DNA of 64,000 nt from positions 91,691-155,690 of the forward strand of contig JALHMG010000005.1 in NCBI GenBank assembly GCA_022844135.1, read 5' to 3'. Positions within the stretch are counted from its first letter, which is position 1. Each line of letters begins with the position of its first letter. Of this stretch, positions 54,514 to 62,620 are shown piece by piece. The notes under the pieces are model-generated. The model did not search any database, was not told the DNA's origin, and worked only from the letters and a program-made list of their open reading frames with translations. A program made the position numbers and the translations under genes. The DNA comes from Lysobacterales bacterium. Lineage in GTDB: Bacteria; Pseudomonadota; Gammaproteobacteria; Xanthomonadales; SZUA-5.

Positions 54514-55235
54514 TGCGGGATCGGAAACTGGCGCAGCGCGGCTTGGATCGCCTCATAACGCCGGGTCCACCACGCTGGCGCTCCCTCAGGCGGCGCGTAC
54601 TCGCGCACGCGAAAATCCACTGGTGCGATGACGATCGGCAGCGACTCCGCCGTGGCGCCGGCTGCCAGCACGAACAAATCCTCGGCCACATCGTTGCCCA
54701 TCGCCAGACATCCTATCGATGCCGTCGTGCCGTGAATCATGATGTCGCCGCCCAGGTTGTCGCGCTGTTCCGCCGCCGCAACCGCGCGATCGTCGGCGTT
54801 CGGATAGTTCACCCGAATCGACAGGTGATAGCGGCTGTTGGCGTTCAAGAACTCCGAGCGATACACGCCTTCTGGAACCTGCAAATCGCCCTGCCGCGTT
54901 TTTGGCCCCAAGCCGCCGCTCATGCCCAGGATCGGATAACTGAGGACTCGCTGCCAGGCGGAATCGGCAGACGCACGCGAATACACTTCGAGCACGCGTT
55001 CGTCCTTGAACGCAACAAAAGCCAGACGCTTGGGCGGATAGTCGATATTTGCCGCAGCGAATGCGCCAGCGACGCGCGTACGCACCAGCGCGCCGTATTG
55101 CGCGACGCGTTCTTCCACCGTGTAACCGCCATGCGCACGCGCCAGCGCCGAGCCGATAAGCGCTTCACCGCGATCGCTCATGCCAAAACCGGAAAGTAGG
55201 GCCAACGGAACCAGGGCGACCCAACGAAGCCACAT
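54510..55235 (-). CDS. L,D-transpeptidase (YkuD) family protein
   Basis: Signal peptide plus catalytic IMIHGTTASIGCLAM (H...GC). Confidence 0.8.
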   Translation of the reverse strand: MWLRWVALVPLALLSGFGMSDRGEALIGSALARAHGGYTVEERVAQYGALVRTRVAGAFAAANIDYPPKRLAFVAFKDERVLEVYSRASADSAWQRVLSYPILGMSGGLGPKTRQGDLQVPEGVYRSEFLNANSRYHLSIRVNYPNADDRAVAAAEQRDNLGGDIMIHGTTASIGCLAMGNDVAEDLFVLAAGATAESLPIVIAPVDFRVREYAPPEGAPAWWTRRYEAIQAALRQFPIPQ

Positions 55236-55245
55236 CGCCGCAAGC

Positions 55246-55944
55246 TCAAGCGCAGCGAACGAGCAACACCGTGATGTTGTCGGAGCCGCCGTGATCGAGC
55301 GCCGCCAGGATCAAGTGGTCGACCGTTTCCTGCGCGCTCAGGCCGCGGCCCAGGATTTCGCCGATCAGTTGATCGTCGACTTCCTCCGTCAACCCATCGC
55401 TGCACACCAGCAATGCTTGGCCGGGCGTCAACGTACCGCGCAAGGTTTCGATTTTGAGCTGATCGGGGAGCGTGACGCCCAACGCCTGGGTAACAACATT
55501 GCGATGCGGGTGGGTGCGCGCCTGCGCCGGGCTGATGGCGCCTTGGTCGATCAATTCCTGCACGTACGAGTGGTCCTGAGAAACCTGCCGCAGCGAGCCG
55601 TTCCAGAAGTACACACGGCTATCGCCAACCCACGCCACTTCGTAACTGTTGTTGTTGACGCGCACCGCAGCCACCGTCGTGCCCATCGGGCGTTCGCTGC
55701 GTTTTTCGTTGGAGTGGCGAATGATTTCCTCATCCGCCTGCTGAATCGCATCGGCCAGCGGCTTGCCACGATTGACCTCGCGAATCACCACATCGCGCGC
55801 CAACGCGCTCGCCACCTCGCCGTGTTCATGACCGCCCATGCCATCGGCCACGAGCCAAAGGCCCATATCCGGATCGGCACAGTACGTGTCCTCGTTATGT
55901 TCACGCCGCAGGCCGGTGTGAGTTCCGTGACCGAATTCAATCAT
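55246..55944 (-). CDS. PP2C-family Ser/Thr protein phosphatase
   Basis: RREHNEDT, VADGMGGH, GDSRVY, CSDGLT and HGGSDNITV. The start could instead be GTG 55956. Confidence 0.85.
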   Translation of the reverse strand: MIEFGHGTHTGLRREHNEDTYCADPDMGLWLVADGMGGHEHGEVASALARDVVIREVNRGKPLADAIQQADEEIIRHSNEKRSERPMGTTVAAVRVNNNSYEVAWVGDSRVYFWNGSLRQVSQDHSYVQELIDQGAISPAQARTHPHRNVVTQALGVTLPDQLKIETLRGTLTPGQALLVCSDGLTEEVDDQLIGEILGRGLSAQETVDHLILAALDHGGSDNITVLLVRCA

Positions 55945-56217
55945 GAGCGGCGGCACATGCGCTTTAAGGGGAGGAGGTTAGAGAAGCTCACGCGAATCCG
56001 CCCGAGCACGGGCCGCGCGTGATGCGAATTGCTGCAATGGTTTGAAGTTGAGCAAACGTTCTACCTCCCCAATCACCGATAGGATGCCGCGCGCGCCATG
56101 CGCTTGCAACACACAGTGTGAACATCCAGCAGTTCCGCTTCCCAGTCCATCGATTCATCGCTTGTCCAACCCCCATCCCTTTACGTATGCTCCGCCCCCT
56201 TCGATACACCCCCCTTT

Positions 56218-56308
56218 GGAGAGGTGGCAGAGTGGTCGAATGCGCCGGATTCGAAATCCGGTTTACGGTTCTACCGTAACGTGGGTTCGAATCCCACCCT
56301 CTCCGCCA
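56218..56308 (+). tRNA. tRNA-Ser (CGA)
   Basis: GGAGAGGTGGCAGAGTGGTCGAATGCGCCGGATTCGAAATCCGG + long variable arm + GTGGGTTCGAATCCCACCCTCTCCGCCA. Confidence 0.95.
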
Positions 56309-56313
56309 TCAAC

Positions 56314-56350
56314 AAAGCCCAAGCTTTTGAAAGCTTGGGCTTTTTTGTTT
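56314..56350 (+). terminator. rho-independent terminator after tRNA-Ser
   Basis: 13-bp stem aaagcccaagctt/ttga/aagcttgggcttt, followed by tttgtttt. Confidence 0.8.
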
Positions 56351-56940
56351 TCGCAGCCACCGCTTACCATATTCTTAGCCATACATTGCAATGCGATGGG
56401 CAGCGATGGCATGCGCGCACTCTTGCCGGTTTCGATGGCCCACGTCAACCGCAGGCCGCTTGCGCAGTGCAATTTGAAGATCGCAATTTCCGGCGCAGTA
56501 CGCGCGCGTGCGCGCGATGCTTAGGGAAAATCGAACGCCAAAAATCTCGGCCCAAGTGCGCGCGCGCAAGGGCTGATCAATCTTTTGGTTCCGAAACGTC
56601 GCATGGTTCGTTGTCCGAGCGTTCCAAGCAGTCTTATCGAGTACGGTCCAGGCAATATTCTTACTGAGCGACAGCTTGCCCAGAATTGAACTCATTGCAA
56701 GTCACTCAAGTATCGCTCGGCGGTGCTGTTGGTGACCTCGCTTGTCACGACCACAGCCTCGTACCTATGGCAATCAACGTCGGCCTTGGCAGCGAATTGC
56801 AGCGCTCATTGGATATCTGTGACGATATAGGACGCGTGGTGTTGCGAGCGTTGTATCGGCTGATGGGGACGTGGGGGAATCGCCAAAGCAGGTTGGGCTG
56901 GCAGTTGAAACTCGATCACGTTCAGTGCAGTCTTTCTCCT

Positions 56941-57255
56941 ATGGCGCGTCTACTCATCCAACTAGTCCTGTTGCTATCGCTGCTGTTCAGCAGCGTCTAC
57001 GCGCCATTTGCTGCTGCGGCAATGCATACCGAATCGCAGACGGTGTCCGATTGCCATGATGGAGATGTCCCGGCCGACGATGAGTCATGTTGCGAGAGTG
57101 GCATTTGCCGCTGCGGCTGCGTTGCCTTGCCACTGACCATCGTTTGGTCACTCGCGTCGGCAGTCGACACACGATCGATCCTTCAGCCTGCCGCGCTGTC
57201 CGGGCAGCTTCGCAAGACCCTCTCCGTCCCGTTCCGACCTCCCCAGTCCGCCTGA
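56941..57255 (+). CDS. small secreted Cys-rich protein, possible metal-sensing/accessory protein (CzcI/CopL-like role by position)
   Basis: Signal-like MARLLIQLVLLLSLLFSSVYAPFAAAA, then SDCHDGDVPADDESCCESGICRCGC. It is the first ORF of the copper cluster. Family assignment is tentative. Confidence 0.4.
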   Translation: MARLLIQLVLLLSLLFSSVYAPFAAAAMHTESQTVSDCHDGDVPADDESCCESGICRCGCVALPLTIVWSLASAVDTRSILQPAALSGQLRKTLSVPFRPPQSA

Positions 57256-57369
57256 CACGACAGTTCCGCCACGCTCCGTGGAATTCGGAGACGTGCGTCG
57301 GGCTAGTGGCCGATCGCATCGCCGAACGGCCTGTCGCCGCGTGTGTGCGGCATTTTTCAGGAGGTTGAA

Positions 57370-58971
57370 ATGAGGTCTATTCGACTCGCTGTCGCGCTGG
57401 CGGCAGCGATTTCGCTGTGCGCGTGCGCGGCGTTGCCCCGCGAGCGCGGCTATGCCGATGCCCGGTCGCTGGTGAAGAGCGCCAGCGGCATACTCCCGCC
57501 GCCACCGCACCTGCTGGTGCCGGCGCCGATTCCAGATCGACCGGTGACTGCCGCCGACGCCGCGCGGCTGGCTTTGCTGCACCATCCGCGTGTGCGCAAG
57601 GCCTTCACCCAGATCGGTATGGCACGCGGCGCTTGGCAAGACGCGGCGCGCATCGGCAATCCGAGCTTTTCGTTCTTGAGCCTCGCTCCAGGCGGTGGCG
57701 ATAGCACGATTACCCGTGCGCTGGGGATCAGCCTGAGCGACGCCATCTTGATGCCGGCGCGCCGACGTCTCGCGACCGGAGAACTGAAGAGCGCGCAATG
57801 GCTAGCGGCAGCCGAACTCTTGGACCTGGCATACGACGCTGAGCGCGCGTGGTTCGAGGCTGCCGGCGCAGCGCAGATCGCTGCGATGCGCGCGCTGGTC
57901 GCGCGGGCGGCGAATGCGTCGGAAGCACTCGCTCAGCGCTTCTTCGATGCCGGCAATATCTCGCGCTTGGAACTTGAACTCGAGAGGGCGGCCGCGGCGC
58001 AGGCTCGAATCGATGCGATTGATGCGTCCGCGCATGCGCTGCGTACCCGAGCGACGCTGGCTGGCTTCATAGGCCAGCGCGCGAGCGGCCATTGGTCGAT
58101 AGCGAGTGCGCTGCCGGCGCCGCTCGCTGGCATCCCGGATGTAGACGCGCTGATGGAGCGGGCACTCGAACAGCGCCTCGACCTCCGCGCTGCGCGTCAG
58201 GCGCTGGCGCTTGCTGAAGATGCGCTCGACGTCACGCAGCGCTGGCGCTGGTTGGGCGCCGTCGAGATCGGCGCCGAGCGCGAGCGAGAATCCAGCGGCG
58301 AGCGATTGCGCGGACCCTCAGTGGCGGTCGAGTTGCCGCTCTTCAATCAGGGACAGGGCTCGATGGAACGGGCGCGGGCGGAACTGCACCAGGCGCGCGC
58401 ACTGCTCGACGGCCTTGCGCTCGGCGTGCACAACGAAGCGGCAACTGCCATCGATACGCTCAACGCGGCTCGGGACATTGCCGAACGCTACGCCAAGGAA
58501 CTGGTGCCACGTCGCGAGGCGATCGTCGCGCGCACCCAAGAGCAAGTGAACTTCATGCTGCTCGGCGTGTTCGACCTGCTGCTCGCCAAACAGCAGGAGT
58601 TCGACGCCTACCAGTCGTACCTGGAATCCGTGCGCGACTATTGGATAGCGCGCTCCGCGTTGCGCCGGGCGATCGGCGGGCGCTTGCCAGACGACGATGC
58701 CATTCCGACTGCAACGCTGGACGTCGACGCGATGCTGCCGACGTCGCCGAGTTCGAAATCACATCACGGCCGCGACGCTACTGAGATGAACCCGGAAGGC
58801 GATCCGCATAGGGGCCACGACAGGCCAGAAATCGAATCGGCAATCGATCCGCATGCCGCTCACGACAAGTTGCGGCCGAAACCCCGAGACCCGCCGAATG
58901 CCGATCGCTCATCCACAAATTCGTCGGAGAAAAAGCACGATAGAAATCCGCAGTCAGGAGAAGCGCCATGA
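57370..58971 (+). CDS. TolC/CusC-family outer-membrane efflux lipoprotein with His/Asp-rich C-terminal tail
   Basis: Lipobox LCAC. Two OEP repeats (coiled-coil rich). About 80-aa tail SKSHHGRD...DPHRGHD...DPHAAHD. CAGGAGG RBS before ATG 57370. Confidence 0.8.
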   Translation: MRSIRLAVALAAAISLCACAALPRERGYADARSLVKSASGILPPPPHLLVPAPIPDRPVTAADAARLALLHHPRVRKAFTQIGMARGAWQDAARIGNPSFSFLSLAPGGGDSTITRALGISLSDAILMPARRRLATGELKSAQWLAAAELLDLAYDAERAWFEAAGAAQIAAMRALVARAANASEALAQRFFDAGNISRLELELERAAAAQARIDAIDASAHALRTRATLAGFIGQRASGHWSIASALPAPLAGIPDVDALMERALEQRLDLRAARQALALAEDALDVTQRWRWLGAVEIGAERERESSGERLRGPSVAVELPLFNQGQGSMERARAELHQARALLDGLALGVHNEAATAIDTLNAARDIAERYAKELVPRREAIVARTQEQVNFMLLGVFDLLLAKQQEFDAYQSYLESVRDYWIARSALRRAIGGRLPDDDAIPTATLDVDAMLPTSPSSKSHHGRDATEMNPEGDPHRGHDRPEIESAIDPHAAHDKLRPKPRDPPNADRSSTNSSEKKHDRNPQSGEAP

Positions 58972-60335
58972 ACTCAACAAGACGACATTGGTTCCGCTGG
59001 GCGGGCTTGGGTGCACTCGCGCCGCTGGCGCTGGCCGCGCGCAGCGCGACTGCGCAAGCTGCAGCGGCCGGACCGACGTATTCGCCGCGCCAGCCCTATC
59101 GCCCGGTGCACACACCAAACGGCTGGACGCTGCCGCATCGGATGGTCGGCGGCGTCAAGGAGTTCCACCTCGTCGCCGAGGAAATCGAGCATGAGTTTGC
59201 ACCCGGCTGTCGTGCGAAATGCTGGGGCTACAACGGCACCACGCCCGGTCCTACGCTCGAAGCGGTCGAGGGCGATCATGTGCGCATCTACGTGACCAAT
59301 CGGCTGCCAGAACACACCAGCGTGCACTGGCACGGCATCTTGCTGCCGAGCGGCATGGATGGCGTCGGTGGGTTGTCGCAACCGCACATCCAGCCGGGCG
59401 AAACCTACGCCTACGAGTTCACGCTGCGCCAGCATGGTACGCACATGTACCACCCCCACGCCGACGAGATGGTGCAACTGGCGCTGGGGATGATGGGCAT
59501 GTTCATCATCCACCCGCAGGCGGGCGAGGAGATGCCGCTCGATCGCGACTATGCCCTGCTGCTGCACAACTTCGCGCTACACCCTGGCACGTATCGCCCA
59601 GACCCGTCGGTGATGCAGGACTTCGACCTGTGGACGATGAACAGCAAAGTGTTCCCGGCGATCGCGCCGCTGGTGGCCAGAAGCGGCGAGCGCGTGCGCA
59701 TACGCGTGGGCAACTTATCGATGTGGAATCACCCGATCCATATGCATGGGCCGAAGTTCGTCGTCACCGGGGGCGACGGCGGGCGCTGGCCCAGGCAACT
59801 CTGGCGACCTGAAGTCACCGAGATCGTCGGTGTTGGACAGACGCGCGATCTGGAGTTCGTCGCCGAGCCGGGCGATTGGGCCCTGCACTGCCATATGTCT
59901 CATCACACGATGAATGCGATGGGACACGGGATTCCCAATACCCTCGGGGTGGATCAAACCGGCGTCGAAGCGGACATCCGCAAACTCCTGCCGGGTTACA
60001 TGGCGATGGGCCAGGGCGGTATGGCCGAACACCAGGAGCACACCGATTCCGGGCACATGAAGGGGCCGGAAAACACGCTGCCGATGATGATGGGCAAGGG
60101 CCCATTCGGAAATCTGGAAATGGGCGGCATGTTCACGGTGATCAAGGTGCGCGACGACTTGCCCGCCGACGACTTCCGCGACCCAGGCTGGTACCCGAAC
60201 CCCGAGGGCACGGTTGCGAACCGGGTCAGCAGCGATCCGGATTTCGGCACCCCCGCGCGCCGCGGTCCGCCGCCGGGGCCGTCGCCCACGCTCGAAGCCA
60301 AGCCGGTCGATCACTCCAAAATGAAGATGGGATAG
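58968..60335 (+). CDS. Tat-exported multicopper oxidase
   Basis: RRHWFRWAGLG Tat motif. Copper ligands HWHG, HPH, HPIHMHG and HCHMSHH. Met/His-rich insert (PGYMAMGQGGMAEHQEHTDSGHM). Confidence 0.85.
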   Translation: MNSTRRHWFRWAGLGALAPLALAARSATAQAAAAGPTYSPRQPYRPVHTPNGWTLPHRMVGGVKEFHLVAEEIEHEFAPGCRAKCWGYNGTTPGPTLEAVEGDHVRIYVTNRLPEHTSVHWHGILLPSGMDGVGGLSQPHIQPGETYAYEFTLRQHGTHMYHPHADEMVQLALGMMGMFIIHPQAGEEMPLDRDYALLLHNFALHPGTYRPDPSVMQDFDLWTMNSKVFPAIAPLVARSGERVRIRVGNLSMWNHPIHMHGPKFVVTGGDGGRWPRQLWRPEVTEIVGVGQTRDLEFVAEPGDWALHCHMSHHTMNAMGHGIPNTLGVDQTGVEADIRKLLPGYMAMGQGGMAEHQEHTDSGHMKGPENTLPMMMGKGPFGNLEMGGMFTVIKVRDDLPADDFRDPGWYPNPEGTVANRVSSDPDFGTPARRGPPPGPSPTLEAKPVDHSKMKMG

Positions 60336-60342
60336 GGAGCAA

Positions 60343-61002
60343 ATGATGAAACTGTTGAAAACGCTCGTTGTTCTCGCGCTCATCGGCGTTGCGGTTGCCG
60401 CCGCCGTCCTCTGGAGCGGCCTCTACAACGTCGCGGCCGACGATCCACACTGGTCTGCGACCCATCGCATGCTGGAGGTGGCGCGCAAGCGCTCGATCTC
60501 GGTCCGCGCGGCAAACATCCAATTGCCTGACCTGACGAATGCCGAGCTGATCCGCAACGGGGCGGGCAACTACAACGCCATGTGCGTGACCTGTCACCTC
60601 CGCCCTGATGCGGAAGACACTGAACTCAGCGTTGGCTTGTATCCGCGCCCGCCGCGCTGGGATGCTTTAGGCCGATCCGATGCGCGCGAGGCCTTCTGGG
60701 TCCTCAAGCACGGCATCAAGGCATCGGGCATGCCTTCCTGGGGCAAGAGCATGGAAGATCGCTACCTATGGGGCATGGTCGCTTTCATGCAACAGTTTCC
60801 GGGCATGACCGCCGCGCAGTACCAGGCACGAGTTGCGGCTAGCGATGGCCACAGCCACGGCGGCGGCGAAACCGATGTCGGCGGCGGCGATCCGCATGCT
60901 GCACACGAAGGCTCGAATCCGGAACGTTCATCTTTCGAGCCCGTCGAAGACCCGATGGCAGCGCCTGCAGGCGACGACCACACCGACAACAACCAACACT
61001 GA
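60343..61002 (+). CDS. membrane-anchored mono-heme c-type cytochrome (CopM-like position) with His-rich tail
   Basis: N-terminal TM helix, a single CVTCH and MPSWG (Met ligand context). C-terminal tail DGHSHGGGETDVGGGDPHAAHEG. Confidence 0.75.
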   Translation: MMKLLKTLVVLALIGVAVAAAVLWSGLYNVAADDPHWSATHRMLEVARKRSISVRAANIQLPDLTNAELIRNGAGNYNAMCVTCHLRPDAEDTELSVGLYPRPPRWDALGRSDAREAFWVLKHGIKASGMPSWGKSMEDRYLWGMVAFMQQFPGMTAAQYQARVAASDGHSHGGGETDVGGGDPHAAHEGSNPERSSFEPVEDPMAAPAGDDHTDNNQH

Positions 61003-61050
61003 ATGAGCCACGCACGAGGCCCCGCGCCTCAATTCGAACCGGAGAAACCG

Positions 61051-61569
61051 ATGATTATCCGCATGACTTCCCTCGCCCTGGCCCTCGCACTCGCCGCGCC
61101 GATGGGCTGGGCCCACGGCAATGAAAAACATGGCTCGCCGCAAGTAGTTGCCGGTCGCGCGACGGCGGGCGCCACGCTCAGCATTTCGCCCGAAGCCGCC
61201 GACGCCGTCTCGGTGCTGGAGCGCTTCTCGGCCGCCTTAAGCGCAGGCGATCTCGACGCCGTCGCCGCCGATCTCGATCCGGCAGTACTGATCCTCGAAA
61301 GCGGCGGCGCCGAACGCACGCGCGACGAGTACCTTGAAGGCCACGTCAAGCACGATTTCGAGTTCCTGAAGTCGGCGCATATCGGGCTTAAGCGCAGGAC
61401 CGCGCAGGCATCTGGCGATCTGGTCTGGGTCGGCAGCGAAAGCGAGATTCACGCTAGCAAGGACGACAAGATGCTGATGATCTCGTCTACCGAGACCGCG
61501 ATCCTGCGTAAGACTGGAGAAGGCTGGAAGATCGTCCACTTGCACTGGTCGTCGAGGGCGCAGCGATGA
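61051..61569 (+). CDS. secreted SnoaL/DUF4440-like (NTF2 fold) protein
   Basis: Signal peptide, then LERFSAALSAGDLDAVAADLDP...WKIVHLHWS pattern. GGAGA RBS. Confidence 0.55.
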   Translation: MIIRMTSLALALALAAPMGWAHGNEKHGSPQVVAGRATAGATLSISPEAADAVSVLERFSAALSAGDLDAVAADLDPAVLILESGGAERTRDEYLEGHVKHDFEFLKSAHIGLKRRTAQASGDLVWVGSESEIHASKDDKMLMISSTETAILRKTGEGWKIVHLHWSSRAQR

Positions 61570-62117
61570 GACGCTATGACGCAATGAACGCAACCGCGTG
61601 GCGCGTCGCGGGCCTCGCAGCCCTGCTGATGTCGACCGCCTGCGCACGCGACGCAGATCGGGCGAGCGTGACCACAAATGCACCCAAGGCCGCGGCAGCG
61701 GCAACGGCAACCGCCGCTGCGACGGCCACAACGCCGGTCATGGTTGTACACAAGACGCCCACCTGCGGCTGTTGCGAATTGTGGGTCGATCACATGCGCA
61801 GCGCCGACTTCACCGTAGAGGTGCGCGACACCGACGATCTCACGCCGATCAAGGCGGCGCTCGGCGTCCCGCCGGGCAAGGGCTCCTGTCACACGGCTGA
61901 GATCGACGGCTATGTGATCGAGGGACACGTGCCCGCCGAGGACGTCCGACGCCTCCTGGCTGAACGGCCGCAAGCACGCGGTCTAGTGTTGCCCGGCATG
62001 CCGCTCGGCTCGCCCGGCATGGAGCTACCGGATGGTCACGTCCAGCCCTATACGGTGGAGCTGTTGGCGGAGGACGGCAGCACCTCGACGTTTCGTCGCG
62101 TGGAAGGTGATCGTTGA
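61566..62117 (+). CDS. copG: DUF411/CopG-family metal-binding protein
   Basis: Lipoprotein-like signal. VHKTPTCGCCELW and SCHTAEIDGYVIEGHVP are hallmark DUF411 motifs. Confidence 0.8.
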   Translation: MRRYDAMNATAWRVAGLAALLMSTACARDADRASVTTNAPKAAAAATATAAATATTPVMVVHKTPTCGCCELWVDHMRSADFTVEVRDTDDLTPIKAALGVPPGKGSCHTAEIDGYVIEGHVPAEDVRRLLAERPQARGLVLPGMPLGSPGMELPDGHVQPYTVELLAEDGSTSTFRRVEGDR

Positions 62118-62163
62118 CTAGCGCGAGTCGGTTGCGGCGGCGAACTGCCGTCGCGGCCGGGGC

Positions 62164-62196
62164 TTGACTCTGGACCTAGGTGCAGGGTGCAAGCTG
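62164..62196 (+). promoter_or_regulatory. MerR-type promoter/operator
   Basis: cTTGACTctggacctaggtgcagggtgcaagct has a -35 TTGACT, a long (19-20 nt) spacer holding the dyad ACTCTGGA-N6-TGCAGGGT around a CCTAGG centre, and a weak -10. The layout parallels E. coli PzntA (cttgactctggagtcgactccagagtgtatcct). Confidence 0.5.
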
Positions 62197-62218
62197 GCGT
62201 CCTACGAGGAGAACGGGC

Positions 62219-62620
62219 ATGTCGCTGAGCATTGGCGCTCTCGCCAGACAGGCGGGCGTCGCCATCGATACGGTGCGCTATTACGAGCGCAAGGGGCTTC
62301 TGGCACCGGCGGGCCGGCTGGCTTCCGGCTATCGGCGCTATGGAATCGAAGAGATCAAGCAGCTGCGCTTTATCCGGCGCGCCAAAGCGCTGGGATTCTC
62401 GCTCGACGATATCCGTGAGCTGTTGGCGGTCAGTGCCGAACGAGACGTGGCGCGCGTGCGCCGCGCCGCGCAGCACAAGCTCGGCGAAATTGAGCAGCGA
62501 ATTGCGGAACTCGAAGGCATACGTGTTGGGCTGCGTGCGTTGATCGACGAATGCCCTGGGCACGGGCACGCCGATGCCTGCCCGATCCTAAACGCGCTGT
62601 CCAAAGAGCCAGATGTATGA
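62219..62620 (+). CDS. cueR: MerR-family Cu(I)-responsive regulator, CueR-like
   Basis: [28 protein letters not shown]-terminal metal loop [13 protein letters not shown] resembles CueR CPGDDSADCPII. No Cys at the ZntR Cys79-equivalent position. Confidence 0.75.
   Translation: MSLSIGALARQAGVAIDTVRYYERKGLLAPAGRLASGYRRYGIEEIKQLRFIRRAKALGFSLDDIRELLAVSAERDVARVRRAAQHKLGEIEQRIAELEGIRVGLRALIDECPGHGHADACPILNALSKEPDV

Noticed and set aside
55961-55985. Strong plus-strand Shine-Dalgarno-like aaggggaggaggtta upstream of tRNA-Ser
   Set aside because: No start codon follows within a usable distance, and the only downstream ORF (56042-56524) runs through the tRNA gene. This is probably a coincidence in the PP2C promoter region.
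56350-56940. Possible integrase remnant next to tRNA-Ser (for example ORF 56375-56695, minus strand)
   Set aside because: I looked for the typical P4/tyrosine-integrase N-terminal pattern in both orientations and could not recognise it. The ORFs are short with odd composition. Only the lower GC content and the tRNA adjacency remain, and those are noted in the island finding.
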